DNA of 64,000 nt from Acidobacteriota bacterium (GCA_046734955.1 JBKPSH010000113.1:33518-97517); one strand, 5' to 3'; numbered from the stretch's first letter, positions 1 to 10,970 are shown. Made by a program: numbers and translations. The notes: generated from the sequence alone by a model not told the origin.

Positions 1-82
1 CTATCATCCTCAAACTGCGCGTTCGGTTTTGGCGCTCAAGGAAGACGCCAGCGAGTGCAGCGAAGCGAGCCACGCGATCGGC

Positions 83-140
83 CCGCCTTCGCCATGGCTC
101 CGGCGAGGTCTCGCCGTGGCGCTTCGCGCGGAGGCGGAAG
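83..140. repeat. GC-rich REP-like element, copy A
   Basis: The core CCGCCTTCGC..GCTCCGGCG..CGCCGT..GGAGGC is shared with 35882-35928. It explains the spurious ORF 29-367. Confidence 0.5.
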
Positions 141-225
141 CGAGCCGGCGAAGCGGCTTGCGAGAGAGCGTGCCGGGGAGTCCGAGGGGCGAAGCCCCTC
201 GGAGTAAGGATCGTGTGGCTTCCGC

Positions 226-525
226 CTACTTCAAGTGCTTGCCTACGAGCTTGGTCATCTCGAACATGTTGACCTGGGTCTTGCCACCGAAGACCGGCTT
301 CAATGCGGCGTCGGCCTTGATCATCCGCTTGTTCTTGCTGTCCTGCAGCCCGTTCTTCTTGATGTAGGCCCACAGCTTCTTGGTGACCTCGGTCCGCGGC
401 ACTGCCTTCGAGCCAATAACCTCGGCCAACGCGGGGCTGGGTGTTACCGGCTTCATGAATGCGGCGTTTGGCTTCCGGGTGCTCTTCTTCGCGGTCGCGG
501 TTTTCTTTTTCGCTGTCTTGGCCAT
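226..525 (-). CDS. SWIB/MDM2-domain protein with Lys/Ala-rich N-terminal tail
   Basis: 99 aa. The tail MAKTAKKKTATAKKSTRK is followed by a SWIB-like core (VPRTEVTKKLWAYIKKNGLQD...MFEMTKLVGKHL). Confidence 0.8.
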   Translation of the reverse strand: MAKTAKKKTATAKKSTRKPNAAFMKPVTPSPALAEVIGSKAVPRTEVTKKLWAYIKKNGLQDSKNKRMIKADAALKPVFGGKTQVNMFEMTKLVGKHLK

Positions 526-615
526 CTACTCTCCTCTTGAAGACGCTCGAAGGCGTCAGCGCAGTAGTATCGCGCAAATTCGCGCATTACAGAGAAGAAA
601 AGTGCAATTCGCGGG

Positions 616-2739
616 CTAGCTCGGTAACACAGTTCGGAGCACAACGAGGGACCAGGGCTGCACCTGAATCTTGTCGCCCGCGCCGAACTCTGGCCCCGAC
701 GTTTCCTGCTCGGACAGGAGATCCTTCTCCTCGGCCGTGTTCAGGATCATCGTCCATCGCTCCGCCCACTTCGAGTCTGCCAACGTGAATTCGAGCGGCT
801 CGTGGTGTGCATTAAACATCAGGTAAAAGTTATCGTCGACCACGGGTTCGGCGCGCTCGTTGGTCGGAATCGCGCGGCCATTTACGAAGACGCCGAGCGA
901 TTTCGCAAATCCGGCGCGCCAGTCTTCGTCGGACATCTGCGACCCGCCCGGCGTGAACCACCCGATGTCGCTGACCTTCGTCCCGTGAATCATCCGGCCC
1001 TGAAACCAGCGGCGCCGCCAGAAAACAGGATGGCGGTTGCGGAAGGCAATCAGCCGTCGCGCGAACTGTAGAAGATCCTTGTCGACGTCTTCCCAGTCGT
1101 ACCAGGAAATCTCATTGTCCTGGCAGTACGCGTTGTTGTTTCCCTGCTGCGTCCGGCCAACCTCATCGCCACCGAGCAGCATGGGCACTCCCTGCGACAG
1201 GAGCAGCGTTGTCAGAAAATTGCGCGTCTGCCGCCGGCGCAACGCCAGCACTTCCGGATTGTCGGTCGGACCTTCTGCTCCGCAGTTCCACGACCGGTTA
1301 TGGCTCTCGCCGTCGCGATTCTCTTCGCCGTTCGACTCATTGTGCTTGTCGTTGTATGACACGAGATCGCGCAGCGTGAACCCGTCATGCGCGGTGATGA
1401 AGTTGATGCTGGCGTAAGGGCGCCGCCCGGTGCCCTGATACAAATCGGAACTGCCGGTGAACCGCCAGCCGAATTCGGCAAGCGTTTGATCCGTTCCACG
1501 CCAGAAATCACGGACGGTGTCGCGGTACTTTCCATTCCATTCCGACCAGAGCGGCGGAAAATTTCCGACCTGATAGCCACCCTCACCGATGTCCCAGGGT
1601 TCGGCAATCAGCTTCACTTGACTGACGACCGGATCCTGTTGAATCAGGTCGAAGAACGACGACAGGCGATCGACGTCGTGGAGCTCGCGCGCGAGCGTCG
1701 CCGCGAGATCAAAACGAAAACCATCGACGTGCATGTCGATGACCCAGTAGCGCAGGCTGTCCATGATCAACTGCAGCACGTGCGGGTGCCGCATGTTGAG
1801 CGTGTTGCCGGTACCGGTGTAGTCCATGTAGTAGCGACGGTTGTCGGCCACGAGCCGGTAATACGCCGCGTTGTCGATGCCCTTGAACGACAGCATCGGG
1901 CCGAGATGATTGCCTTCGGCCGTGTGGTTGTAGACGACATCGAGAATGACTTCGATGCCAGCGACGTGGAGGGTCTTGACCAGGTGTTTGAATTCCAGGA
2001 CCTGCTCGCCGCACTGGCCGCCGGCGGAATACTCGTTGTGCGGCGCGAGATATCCAATCGAGTTGTAGCCCCAGTAGTTGCGCAGTCCGCGCTCGACGAG
2101 CGTGGAGTCCTGCACGAACTGGTGCACCGGCAGAAGTTCAATCGCGGTAATTCCGAGACTCTTCAAATACTCAACCGATGCCGGGTGCGCGAGACCCGCA
2201 TAGGTGCCGCGCAACTCCTCAGGAACGGCGGAATTCGTACGGCTGAACCCTTTGACGTGTGTCTCGTAGAGGACCGTGCGATGCCACGGCGTGTTCGGCT
2301 GGCGGTCGTTCCCCCAGTCGAAGAATGGATTGATGACGACGCTCTTGGGAACAAACGGCGCGCTATCGAGCTCGTTCTTCGAATTCTCGGGATCGGCGAA
2401 GTGGTAAGGAAAAACGGCTTCGCTCCAGTCCCACAAGCCGTCGATGGCTTTCGCATAGGGATCGAGCAGCACCTTCGCCGGATTGCACCATTGTCCGTTC
2501 TCCGGCGCCCATGGACCGTGGATTCGAAATCCATATCGCTGGCCAGGACGAATGTTTGGAAGATACCCGTGCCAGCAGAGCGCCGTGCTCTCGGGCAGGT
2601 CTATCCGGGTCTCTCGGTCGTGATCGTCGAAGAGACAGAGTTCGACACGTTCGGCGACTTCTGAAAACAGCGAAAAGTTCGTCCCGGTTCCATCGTAGGT
2701 TGCGCCCAGTGGATACGGCTTCCCGGGCCAGATCTGCAT
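616..2739 (-). CDS. glgX: Glycogen debranching enzyme (GH13)
   Basis: 707 aa. N-terminus [28 protein letters not shown]13 motifs DVVYNHT, GFRFDLA and EPWDIG are present. Confidence 0.92.
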   Translation of the reverse strand: MQIWPGKPYPLGATYDGTGTNFSLFSEVAERVELCLFDDHDRETRIDLPESTALCWHGYLPNIRPGQRYGFRIHGPWAPENGQWCNPAKVLLDPYAKAIDGLWDWSEAVFPYHFADPENSKNELDSAPFVPKSVVINPFFDWGNDRQPNTPWHRTVLYETHVKGFSRTNSAVPEELRGTYAGLAHPASVEYLKSLGITAIELLPVHQFVQDSTLVERGLRNYWGYNSIGYLAPHNEYSAGGQCGEQVLEFKHLVKTLHVAGIEVILDVVYNHTAEGNHLGPMLSFKGIDNAAYYRLVADNRRYYMDYTGTGNTLNMRHPHVLQLIMDSLRYWVIDMHVDGFRFDLAATLARELHDVDRLSSFFDLIQQDPVVSQVKLIAEPWDIGEGGYQVGNFPPLWSEWNGKYRDTVRDFWRGTDQTLAEFGWRFTGSSDLYQGTGRRPYASINFITAHDGFTLRDLVSYNDKHNESNGEENRDGESHNRSWNCGAEGPTDNPEVLALRRRQTRNFLTTLLLSQGVPMLLGGDEVGRTQQGNNNAYCQDNEISWYDWEDVDKDLLQFARRLIAFRNRHPVFWRRRWFQGRMIHGTKVSDIGWFTPGGSQMSDEDWRAGFAKSLGVFVNGRAIPTNERAEPVVDDNFYLMFNAHHEPLEFTLADSKWAERWTMILNTAEEKDLLSEQETSGPEFGAGDKIQVQPWSLVVLRTVLPS

Positions 2740-2817
2740 GCTGCGCTCCGACTAAAAGGCAATACGCCGTGCAGCGATTCGGCCGCCGCTGTCCGTGTTT
2801 CGGGCTGTGCCCGCGCG

Positions 2818-4641
2818 ATGTCGCGGCGAGCTTCAATTCCCGTGCCGCGCGCGGTCATTGTAAGCTTCATCGATGGAGCAACATTGCTGAGGTTCGGGAT
2901 GCGGATCCTTCCGTTGATCACCGGTGCCGCACTCTTCTTCCCGACGGTTTCCGCTGCCCCTCGAATCGACGATCCTGGCGTCGAGGCCAGGGATGGCGTT
3001 GTCGTCTGCACGTCGGCTACCGCTTGCGATGCTGGAGCGTCTGTGCTCGCCCGCGGTGGTAATGCCGTCGATGCTGCCGTCGCCACCGCATTCGCACTGG
3101 CCGTGACTCACCCGAGCGCCGGCAATATCGGCGGCGGGGGGTTCATGATCGTGCGCACGCCGAAAGGACGCGTCACGGCATTCGACTATCGCGAACGCGC
3201 ACCGTTCCGATCCACACGTGAGATGTATCTCGGTAGCGACGGCCAGATTGTGAGGGAACTGACCGACACGGGATATCTCGCGCCCGGGGTGCCCGGCACC
3301 GTTCGTGGCCTGGAGCTCGCGCACAAGCGATTCGGCAAACTGCCGTGGAAAGACGTCGTCATGCCGGCTGTTCTGCTTGCGGAGAACGGGTTCGTGCTGC
3401 CGGCCGGACTCGCCCGCGATCTGAATACACAGCTCGTCGGAGACATGAGGCCCTTCCCGGCATCGGTGGCCACGTACGGGAAAGCTGGCGGCGGCGAGTG
3501 GGCCGAAGGCGACCGCCTCGTGCTTGGAGATCTCGGAAAGGCTCTTCGCGCGATCGCCAGCGACGGCGCCGACGTGTTCTACAAGGGCTGGATTGCCGAT
3601 CGCATCGCCGACGACATGAAAGCGCACGGCGGCTTGATCACCAGGCAGGATCTCGCAGCCTATCAGGCAAAGATCCGAACGCCCGTGAAAGGCAAGTATC
3701 GGGATTACGACATCGTTTCGATGCCGCCGCCGAGCTCGGGAGGCGTCGCGCTCATCGAGATGCTCAATATCCTCGAACGGTACGATCTGAAATCAAAGGG
3801 GCTGCTGACGCCGCCATCGCTGCATCTCCAAATCGAAGCAATGCGTCGAGCGTATCTCGATCGCGCGCGGGGTCTCGGCGATCCGGACTTCGTCAAGGTC
3901 CCGATAGGCGAGTTGACGTCGAAGCGTCACGCGCGCATGGTCTCGGCGACTATCGATCCAGGAAAGGCGTCGAGCAGTGTTGAACTCGGGCGCGACATCG
4001 TGTCGACGGTGTCAACCGACGAAGCTGACGAGACCACTCACTTCTCCGTGCTCGATCGCGACGGAATGGCGGTCGCGAGCACATACACACTGGAAGGTGG
4101 ATTCGGCTCCCATGTCGTGGTGAACGGAGCTGGCTTCATTCTGAATAACGAGATGGGCGACTTCAACAAGAAGCCCGGTGAGACCAACACGAGCGGCGAT
4201 ATCGGCACTTCGGCCAACCTGATCGATCCGGGCAAGCGGATGTTGAGCTCCATGACGCCGACGATGGTGACAAGGAACGGGAAACTTGTGCTGGTCACTG
4301 GATCTCCGGGGGGGCGCACGATCATCAACACGGTCTTCACGATTGTGTTCGGCGTCGTCGAGTACGGGTTGACTGGTCGCGAGGCCGTCGACCTCCCACG
4401 ACTGCATCATCAGTGGCTTCCAGACCGGGCGTCGATCGAAAGCGATGGTGCTCCACCCGAGGGCGTCTTTGGCGCGCTAACGGCGATGGGACACACGATT
4501 CGAGCGGGCAACCGGCAAGGAGATGCGGAATCGATCTGGATTGCGCCGGATGGAACACCTTACGGCGTCAACGATCGACGCGTCGCGAACTCGAAGGCAT
4601 CGACACCCTCCAATTTGACAGCGCCGACAACAGAACGATAG
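2818..4641 (+). CDS. ggt: Gamma-glutamyltranspeptidase
   Basis: 607-aa ORF with the autoprocessing-site context ETTHFSVLDRDGMAVA and GSPGGRTIINTV. A signal-like MRILPLITGAALFF suggests the true start may be 2899. Confidence 0.9.
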   Translation: MSRRASIPVPRAVIVSFIDGATLLRFGMRILPLITGAALFFPTVSAAPRIDDPGVEARDGVVVCTSATACDAGASVLARGGNAVDAAVATAFALAVTHPSAGNIGGGGFMIVRTPKGRVTAFDYRERAPFRSTREMYLGSDGQIVRELTDTGYLAPGVPGTVRGLELAHKRFGKLPWKDVVMPAVLLAENGFVLPAGLARDLNTQLVGDMRPFPASVATYGKAGGGEWAEGDRLVLGDLGKALRAIASDGADVFYKGWIADRIADDMKAHGGLITRQDLAAYQAKIRTPVKGKYRDYDIVSMPPPSSGGVALIEMLNILERYDLKSKGLLTPPSLHLQIEAMRRAYLDRARGLGDPDFVKVPIGELTSKRHARMVSATIDPGKASSSVELGRDIVSTVSTDEADETTHFSVLDRDGMAVASTYTLEGGFGSHVVVNGAGFILNNEMGDFNKKPGETNTSGDIGTSANLIDPGKRMLSSMTPTMVTRNGKLVLVTGSPGGRTIINTVFTIVFGVVEYGLTGREAVDLPRLHHQWLPDRASIESDGAPPEGVFGALTAMGHTIRAGNRQGDAESIWIAPDGTPYGVNDRRVANSKASTPSNLTAPTTER

Positions 4642-4652
4642 GCTGTAGGGCA

Positions 4653-4730
4653 ATGTTCCGCGCGCAGCACGTCCACCGGCACCATCATCATTCCTGCTCC
4701 AGCGGGCCGGCCGGACTGCATACGCACTGA
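4653..4730 (+). CDS. Candidate histidine-operon leader peptide (25 codons, 8 His)
   Basis: ATG 4653. Peptide MFRAQHVHRHHHHSCSSGPAGLHTH, stop 4728-4730. It lies between the ggt stop and the hisI start, immediately upstream of an intrinsic terminator. Only a weak SD (GGG) is present. Confidence 0.5.
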   Translation: MFRAQHVHRHHHHSCSSGPAGLHTH

Positions 4731-4760
4731 CGACATTCGACACACGCATCGCAGCCAACC

Positions 4761-4794
4761 AAGCCCCGCTGGAGACATTCAGCGGGGCTTTTTT
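4761..4794 (+). terminator. Intrinsic terminator (attenuator hairpin) upstream of hisI
   Basis: AAGCCCCGCT (4761-4770) pairs with AGCGGGGCTT (4781-4790), giving a 10-bp stem. It runs into TTTTTT (4789-4794), 13 nt before the hisI ATG. Confidence 0.7.
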
Positions 4795-4807
4795 CATCTG
4801 GATAGTC

Positions 4808-5137
4808 ATGGATTTCTCAAAGTTGAGCGGACTGGTTCCGGCGGTCATTCAGGACGCCTCGACACAGGAAGTGCTGATGGTCGGCTTCATGAACCAGGCA
4901 GCACTCGATCGGACCGTCGAGAGCGGCTTTGCGACGTTCTTCAGCCGGACACGCAACAAGCTGTGGACGAAGGGGGAAACGTCGGGTAACCGCCTGAAGG
5001 TCGATCGGATCCTCGTCGACTGTGATGACGATACGCTGCTGCTCCTGGTCACGAGGCTTGGCGATGGCAACGTCTGTCACACGGGTGAACGGACCTGTTT
5101 TTTCAGGGAGCTTCCATCTCGTAGCGCAGCCCTGTAG
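4808..5137 (+). CDS. hisI: Phosphoribosyl-AMP cyclohydrolase (monofunctional)
   Basis: 109 aa with [16 protein letters not shown] and [15 protein letters not shown]. No HisE (pyrophosphohydrolase) extension. Confidence 0.9.
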   Translation: MDFSKLSGLVPAVIQDASTQEVLMVGFMNQAALDRTVESGFATFFSRTRNKLWTKGETSGNRLKVDRILVDCDDDTLLLLVTRLGDGNVCHTGERTCFFRELPSRSAAL

Positions 5138-5156
5138 GGCTGCCGTCAGGATACGC

Positions 5157-6047
5157 ATGGCCACATTAAAGCTCGGCATCCCCAAGGGCTCGTTACAGGA
5201 CGCGACGATTCAGCTCTTCGCGCGAGCAGGCTTCAATATTTACGCGAGCGCGCGATCGTACTTTCCCGCGATCGACGATCCCGAAATCGATTGCATGCTG
5301 ATCCGCGCGCAGGAGATGGCGCGGTATGTTGCCGACGGCGTGCTCGACGCCGGCCTGACCGGGCAGGACTGGATCACCGAACACGCTGCAGCCAACGGCG
5401 GCACCGGCGCCGTGACGCCACTCGCAGATCTCATATACGCCAAGCAGAGTTTTGGAAAGGTTCGCTGGGTTCTCGCCGTGCCGGAGGAGTCGCGGTACCA
5501 ACGCGCGCGCGATCTCGAGGGCGCGACGATTGCGACGGAACTGGTGCGGGCGACGCAGGCGTATTTCGCGCGTCAGGGGATCACGGTGAACGTCGAGTTC
5601 TCGTGGGGCGCGACGGAAGTAAAGGCGCCGCGCCTCGCTGACGCCATCGTGGAAGTGACGGAGACGGGATCGTCGCTGCGTGCGAATCGACTCCGCATCA
5701 TCGATACGGTTCTGGAATCCAACACCCAACTCATTGGCAATCCTGCCGCCCTTTCGGATCCGTGGAAGCGCACCAAGCTCGAGAACATCGCGCTGCTGTT
5801 GAAGGCGGCGATCGAGGCACAGGGGCGCGTCGGCATCATGCTGAATGCACGGCGTGCCGATCTGGATGCGGTGCTCGCGCTGCTGCCGGCGCTGCAGCGG
5901 CCGACCATCTCCCCACTCAGCGACAACGAGTGGGTCGCGATCAACACGATCATCGAAGAACGCACGGTTCGTGATCTGATCCCGCGGCTCAAAGCGGCGC
6001 GCGCGCAGGGCATCGTCGAGTATCCGCTCAACAAGATTGTGATGTGA
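5157..6047 (+). CDS. hisG: ATP phosphoribosyltransferase, long form
   Basis: Internal ATG at 5157 gives [15 protein letters not shown] (296 aa). The upstream part of ORF 5022-6047 overlaps hisI and looks non-coding. Confidence 0.88.
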   Translation: MATLKLGIPKGSLQDATIQLFARAGFNIYASARSYFPAIDDPEIDCMLIRAQEMARYVADGVLDAGLTGQDWITEHAAANGGTGAVTPLADLIYAKQSFGKVRWVLAVPEESRYQRARDLEGATIATELVRATQAYFARQGITVNVEFSWGATEVKAPRLADAIVEVTETGSSLRANRLRIIDTVLESNTQLIGNPAALSDPWKRTKLENIALLLKAAIEAQGRVGIMLNARRADLDAVLALLPALQRPTISPLSDNEWVAINTIIEERTVRDLIPRLKAARAQGIVEYPLNKIVM

Positions 6048-7333
6048 TGGCCTTTCAGGTACGCATCATCGATTCTGCCGACCAGCGCCAGGTAGGCCGT
6101 CTCCTGGAACGCCGGACACGCGGGAACACCACGCTCATGCGTCGGGTTGCACGGATTGTCGCGGACGTGCAAAACCGAGGCGACCGGGCCGCGATGGACT
6201 ACGCGCGACGCTTTGACCGGTTGACGCAGCCGCTGGAAGTGAGCGGCGCCGAAATACTGGCTGCGGAGCGGCAATTGCCACGAACTGTACGGCGAGCGAT
6301 TTCCCTCGCCGCCACCAATATTCGCCGCGTGGCGAGTCGTCAGTTACCGCAGCCCTGGTCGGTTCGACCGACGGACGGCATCCGCATTTCCCAGCGCGTG
6401 CTGCCATTGGATCGGGTGGGTTGCTATGTTCCGGGCGGCCGATATCCGTTGCCGTCCTCACTTCTCATGACGGCCACGCCTGCGCGTGTGGCGGGGGTGA
6501 AAGAAATCATCGCGGTCTGCCCTCGTCCCGACGCCACGATCATGTTCGCCGCTCGTGTTGCCGGAGTCTCGCGCCTGTTCCGCCTGGGAGGGGCACATGC
6601 GATTGCAGCGCTCGCTTACGGCACCGGGACGATTCCTGCCGTCGACAAGATCGTCGGACCAGGTAATGCGTATGTGGCGGCGGCAAAGTCGCTCGTCTCG
6701 GCCGACTGCGCGATTGACTTCCATGCCGGGCCGAGCGAGATCGTGGTGGTGTCGTCAGCTGGCCGGCCGGCGTGGATCGCCGCCGATCTGATCGCGCAGG
6801 CGGAACACGACCCGGATGCGCGGGCGATCCTGCTGACGCCTTCACGACGCCTGGCCGAGGCCGTCGCACGGCACCTGGCCGTGCGCATGCCGTCAGAAGG
6901 GCCGGCGGCGACTGCGATGCGCATCAACGGTGGCGTGATTGTGACCCGGACGCTCGCCGAGGCAATCGATCTCTGCAATCGCATGGCTCCCGAACACGTC
7001 GTGTGCGACACCGACCAGGTGGCGGCGCGGATCACACGTGCCGGAACGATCTTTGTCGGCGAACACAGTGCGCAAGCGTCAGGCGATTACGCAACCGGCT
7101 CGAATCACGTCCTGCCGACCAACGGAGCGGCACGCGCCCGCGGTGGACTCAGTGCCAGCGATTTCGTCCGCGTGGCAACCGTCCAGCACGTCACGGCACG
7201 AGGGCTTCGGAACATCGGTCCGGCAGTGATCACCCTCGCAGACGCGGAAGGGCTTGCCGCGCACGCGGCATCAGTTGCGATTCGGCTCGACGCTGAGGCG
7301 TCGCCAAACAGCGGCCGGGGAGCAAGACGATGA
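6044..7333 (+). CDS. hisD: Histidinol dehydrogenase
   Basis: 429 aa with [13 protein letters not shown] and AQAEHDPDA. The GTG at 6044 overlaps the hisG stop; an ATG at 6047 is an alternative start. Confidence 0.92.
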   Translation: MMAFQVRIIDSADQRQVGRLLERRTRGNTTLMRRVARIVADVQNRGDRAAMDYARRFDRLTQPLEVSGAEILAAERQLPRTVRRAISLAATNIRRVASRQLPQPWSVRPTDGIRISQRVLPLDRVGCYVPGGRYPLPSSLLMTATPARVAGVKEIIAVCPRPDATIMFAARVAGVSRLFRLGGAHAIAALAYGTGTIPAVDKIVGPGNAYVAAAKSLVSADCAIDFHAGPSEIVVVSSAGRPAWIAADLIAQAEHDPDARAILLTPSRRLAEAVARHLAVRMPSEGPAATAMRINGGVIVTRTLAEAIDLCNRMAPEHVVCDTDQVAARITRAGTIFVGEHSAQASGDYATGSNHVLPTNGAARARGGLSASDFVRVATVQHVTARGLRNIGPAVITLADAEGLAAHAASVAIRLDAEASPNSGRGARR

Positions 7334-8361
7334 GTTACGAGTACGAGCGCGTCGCGACTCCCGCGAGCGGACTGCGGCTTCACCTGAATGAAAACACCGC
7401 CGGATGTTCACCGTCGGTGATCGATGCGATTCGGGCACTCACACGCGAGCAGATCGCCGAGTATCCCGACTACGAGGCGGCCATCGATGCCGCTGCTGCT
7501 CGATTGAACGTCCGCAGCGACTCAGTACTCCTGACCAATGGTCTCGATGAAGGAATCCTCGTCGCCTCAATGGTCGCGCTGCGTGCCACGGGTGGACATG
7601 CGGAAGGTATCGTCGTCGTTCCAGCGTTCGACATGTATGCGGCCTGCACGGATGCTCTCGGCGGACGAGTAATTCAGGTTCCGCTCGGAAACGAATTCGA
7701 GTTTCCGCTCGAGCGCGTGCTCGGTGCCATGACGGAACGGACGCGAATCGTCTGGCTGACCAATCCCAACAACCCAACCGGGCAAAGCATTTCGCGGGAA
7801 GCCATCGCGCGAATCGCTTCGGCCGCCGGTCACGCCATCGTGTTTGTCGACGAGGCCTATGTGGACTTCGGCGGCAGCACGTTGATCGGCGATTCGTTGT
7901 TACAACAGCATCCGAAGGTCATCGTCGGGCGCACTTTCGCGAAAGCCTATGGCCTCGCAGGAATTCGCGCCGGCGCGGTGATTGGAGATCCGCACACGCT
8001 TAGGTCGCTGCGTCGCGTGGCTCCTCCGTACAGTCTCAATGTGTGCGCGGCGGCGGCGCTTCCTCCGGCGTTCCGCGATCGCGCGTATTACGACTGGTAT
8101 GTCAGCCAGGTCGCGCAATCGAGAGAGTTGCTCTACGCGGGCCTCGGCCGACTCGGCGTCCGCTATTGGCGGAGCGATGCGAACTTTGTTCTGGCGAGAT
8201 TTGACGGAGGCAGCTCCGCGATCGCGTCAGCTCTGGCAGCGAGAGGTGTCCACGTGCGAGACCGTTCCAGTGATCCTGGCTGCGAGAACTGCCTGCGTGT
8301 CACTGCCGGAGTGGTCGAACACACGCGCCAATTTCTCGCCGCGCTCGAGGCGGTCGTATGA
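7330..8361 (+). CDS. hisC: Histidinol-phosphate aminotransferase
   Basis: 343 aa with LTNPNNPTG and [15 protein letters not shown] (PLP lysine context). ATGA overlap with hisD. Confidence 0.9.
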   Translation: MSYEYERVATPASGLRLHLNENTAGCSPSVIDAIRALTREQIAEYPDYEAAIDAAAARLNVRSDSVLLTNGLDEGILVASMVALRATGGHAEGIVVVPAFDMYAACTDALGGRVIQVPLGNEFEFPLERVLGAMTERTRIVWLTNPNNPTGQSISREAIARIASAAGHAIVFVDEAYVDFGGSTLIGDSLLQQHPKVIVGRTFAKAYGLAGIRAGAVIGDPHTLRSLRRVAPPYSLNVCAAAALPPAFRDRAYYDWYVSQVAQSRELLYAGLGRLGVRYWRSDANFVLARFDGGSSAIASALAARGVHVRDRSSDPGCENCLRVTAGVVEHTRQFLAALEAVV

Positions 8362-8945
8362 GGCGAGCGACCATCAAACGGACGACAACTGAGACACAGA
8401 TTGCGCTTCGCCTTTCACTCGACGGCAAGGGTCGCTACGACGTTCACTCTGGGATCAGGTTTCTCGATCACATGCTCGAGCTATTCGCACGCCACGGCGC
8501 CTTCGATCTGAAGCTCGAGGCAGATGGCGATCTCGACGTCGATCAGCATCACACGGTCGAAGACATCGGGATCGCCCTGGGCGAAGCGGTTTCGAGTGCC
8601 CTCGGCAATCGTCGCGGAATCAACAGGGCTGGGTACTTCGTGATGCCGATGGACGAAACGCTCGCCGTCGTGGCAATCGATCTCGGCGGACGAATTCATA
8701 CCGTCGTCGATTTGCAGCTGAAGGTTCTGCAGGTCGGCGATCTTCAGGCGGAGCTCGTGACTGATTTCTTTGAAGGGTTCGCCCAGGGAGCGCGCGCGAA
8801 CGTGCACGTCAAAGTTCTGTACGGCCGCTCGAGTCATCACCACGTGGAGGCGGTTTTCAAGGCGTTTGCCCGCGCGCTGCGCGTCGCCTGCGCGCGCGAT
8901 CGGCGGCTGGCGAAAATGCTGCCCAGCACCAAGGGACTTTTATGA
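8358..8945 (+). CDS. hisB: Imidazoleglycerol-phosphate dehydratase
   Basis: 195 aa with [14 protein letters not shown] and [19 protein letters not shown] overlap with hisC. Confidence 0.92.
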   Translation: MRRATIKRTTTETQIALRLSLDGKGRYDVHSGIRFLDHMLELFARHGAFDLKLEADGDLDVDQHHTVEDIGIALGEAVSSALGNRRGINRAGYFVMPMDETLAVVAIDLGGRIHTVVDLQLKVLQVGDLQAELVTDFFEGFAQGARANVHVKVLYGRSSHHHVEAVFKAFARALRVACARDRRLAKMLPSTKGLL

Positions 8946-9544
8946 TTGCGCTCATCGACTACGGCGCCGGGAACCTGACATCCGTTCGCAAAGGGCTCGC
9001 GGCCGTCGGTGCGGAGATCTACACGCCGGCGGCGCCCCGCGATTTGAATCGCGCGCGCGGCATTGTCGTACCGGGCGTCGGACACTTCGCCGCGACGGCT
9101 GCGCTCCAGGAGGGCTGGACCGAAACCATTCGCAACGCTGTTGCTGGTGGCGTTCCGCTTCTCGGCGTCTGCGTCGGATTACAGTGGCTGTTCGAAGGCA
9201 GCGACGAAGCACCGGACGTCCCGGGGCTCGCCGCCATCAACGGAAAGTGCTCGCGCCTTCCTCAGAGTGCCGAGCTTAAAGTTCCGCACGTCGGGTGGAA
9301 TTCGCTGCACGTTCCTCACCCGACACGGCTGCTCGAGGGTGTCCCCGAGGATGCGCAGGTCTATTTCACACATTCATATGCGGCACCGGTCACGAAAGAA
9401 ACGGCGGCGACGTGCGAACACGGCACGGTGTTCGCAGCCGCCGTCGAATCCGGCAACATCTTCGGCGTGCAGTTCCATCCGGAAAAGTCCAGCGAGCCAG
9501 GCCTCCGGATTCTGCACAATTTCGTTGCGCTGACCCGAGGCTGA
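8942..9544 (+). CDS. hisH: Imidazole glycerol phosphate synthase, glutaminase subunit
   Basis: 200 aa with [11 protein letters not shown] (nucleophile Cys) and FHPEKS. Confidence 0.92.
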   Translation: MIALIDYGAGNLTSVRKGLAAVGAEIYTPAAPRDLNRARGIVVPGVGHFAATAALQEGWTETIRNAVAGGVPLLGVCVGLQWLFEGSDEAPDVPGLAAINGKCSRLPQSAELKVPHVGWNSLHVPHPTRLLEGVPEDAQVYFTHSYAAPVTKETAATCEHGTVFAAAVESGNIFGVQFHPEKSSEPGLRILHNFVALTRG

Positions 9545-9546
9545 CC

Positions 9547-10302
9547 ATGCTTTCGAAACGGCTCATCGCATGCCTTGACGTTCGCAACGGCTGCGTCGTC
9601 AAAGGCGTGAACTTCGAGCGGCTGAGGAACGCTGGGGATCCCGCCGCGCTCGCGAAACGCTACAACCAGGAAGGCATCGACGAGGTCGTCGTCCTTGACG
9701 TGACGGCGACGTTGGAAGGTCGGCGCGCGTTCGAAGCCACGATCCGGGCGGTGGCGAGCGAGTTGTTCATCCCATTGACGGTCGGAGGCGGAATTCGTAC
9801 CGAGTCCGACGCAGCGGCTGCGATTGACGCTGGGGCGGACAAAGTAGGCGTCAACAGCGCGGCGCTGGCCGACCCAGCACTGTTGACTCGCCTCGCGGCA
9901 CGCTACGGGAGTCAGGCGATCGTCGTCGCCATTGACGCCAAGCGTGTGGACGGTCGATTTCAGGTGTTCTCTCGAAGTGGCAGCACACCCACGCCCCGCG
10001 ATGCGGTTGAGTGGGCGGTCGAGGCCGAGGCACGCGGCGCTGGCGAAGTTCTTCTCACCTCAATCGATCGTGATGGAACCCGCGCCGGTTTCGATTGCGA
10101 ACTGACCGCTGCGGTATCCGGCGCAGTGTCGATTCCAGTGATTGCGTCAGGAGGCGCGGGGACCTTCGATCATTTCACTGAAGTCTTCAAGGAAGGACGC
10201 GCTGATGCCGCCCTCGCAGCCTCCGTCTTCCATTACTCCGAGCACGCAGTGGAAGAGTTGAAACGGCACCTCAAAAACGGAGGCATTCCGGTCAGATGCT
10301 GA
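9547..10302 (+). CDS. hisF: Imidazole glycerol phosphate synthase, cyclase subunit
   Basis: ATG 9547 gives [23 protein letters not shown] (251 aa). It starts 2 nt after the hisH stop. The longer ORF from 9295 overlaps hisH. Confidence 0.92.
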   Translation: MLSKRLIACLDVRNGCVVKGVNFERLRNAGDPAALAKRYNQEGIDEVVVLDVTATLEGRRAFEATIRAVASELFIPLTVGGGIRTESDAAAAIDAGADKVGVNSAALADPALLTRLAARYGSQAIVVAIDAKRVDGRFQVFSRSGSTPTPRDAVEWAVEAEARGAGEVLLTSIDRDGTRAGFDCELTAAVSGAVSIPVIASGGAGTFDHFTEVFKEGRADAALAASVFHYSEHAVEELKRHLKNGGIPVRC

Positions 10303-10970
10303 TTCCTTCGATCGATCTTCAGGGCGGAAGGATCGTTCAGCTCGTCCAGGGCGAGCGGCTTGCGGTCGAGACCACTGATGTAAACGCCTGGATCCAAAAG
10401 TTCGCCGCGTACCCCAAGGTTCAATTGATCGATCTCGATGCAGCAAAAGGCGCAGGCAGCAACGAGACGCTCGTGGCGCGGATTTGCGGCGCGCTTCCTT
10501 GCCGCGTGGGCGGCGGGATTCGTTCGATCGAACGTGCCAAAGCGATCCTCGGACTCAGCGCGACGAAAGTGATCCTTGGTTCTTCGCTTTTCAGCGGCAA
10601 TCTCGTCAACCTCGATTTTGCGCGAACCCTCTCGGAACACATCGGGGCCGAACGACTCATCGCCGCGGTAGACGGCAAAGGCGGAAAAGTCGTAGTGAAT
10701 GGCTGGAAGACCTCGCTCGACATCACGCCGGCCGAGGCGATTCAGCGGCTCGAACCTTTTTTCAGCGAGTTCCTTTACACGCACGTCGATCTCGAAGGTC
10801 TGATGAAGGGGACCGACATGAACGCCATCCGGGCGCTGCGGGCGACGACTACTCGCGCGCTCACCGCGGCAGGTGGCATCACCACACGCGAAGAGATCGA
10901 CCAGCTCGATAGCCTGAACGTAGACGCGGTCGTCGGGATGGCCGTGTATACGGGAAAGTTGAAGATCTAA
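10296..10970 (+). CDS. hisA: ProFAR isomerase
   Basis: 224 aa with [28 protein letters not shown] and VGGGIRS. It overlaps the hisF end by 7 nt. Confidence 0.85.
   Translation: MLIPSIDLQGGRIVQLVQGERLAVETTDVNAWIQKFAAYPKVQLIDLDAAKGAGSNETLVARICGALPCRVGGGIRSIERAKAILGLSATKVILGSSLFSGNLVNLDFARTLSEHIGAERLIAAVDGKGGKVVVNGWKTSLDITPAEAIQRLEPFFSEFLYTHVDLEGLMKGTDMNAIRALRATTTRALTAAGGITTREEIDQLDSLNVDAVVGMAVYTGKLKI

Noticed and set aside
181-203. Perfect 10-bp hairpin downstream of the SWIB gene, considered as an intrinsic terminator.
   Set aside because: On the transcribed (minus) strand it is not followed by a U-run. I treat it as part of the REP-like repeat region.
29-367. 112-aa ORF at the window start.
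   Set aside because: Its translation (SPWLRRGLAVALRAEAEASRRSG...GEAPRS) is the reading of REP-like GC-rich repeats. Its 3' half is antisense to the SWIB gene.
1387-2664. 425-aa ORF on the plus strand opposite glgX. Similar long antisense ORFs occur at 2833-3627, 5573-6274, 10233-11003, 11957-12898, 12938-14122, 24587-25405, 33547-34476, 40759-41733, 46552-47451, 47512-48411, 57317-58279, 62415-62993 and 63108-63731.
   Set aside because: Each lies entirely antisense to, or out of frame within, a gene with clear family motifs. Their translations are Arg/Pro/Gly-rich low-complexity sequence with no recognisable motifs. This is the expected shadow-ORF behaviour of high-GC DNA.
4413-4730. 105-aa ORF spanning the ggt 3' end and the ggt-hisI spacer.
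   Set aside because: The first 76 codons lie out of frame within ggt. Only the last 25 codons, from ATG 4653, are considered, as a leader peptide.
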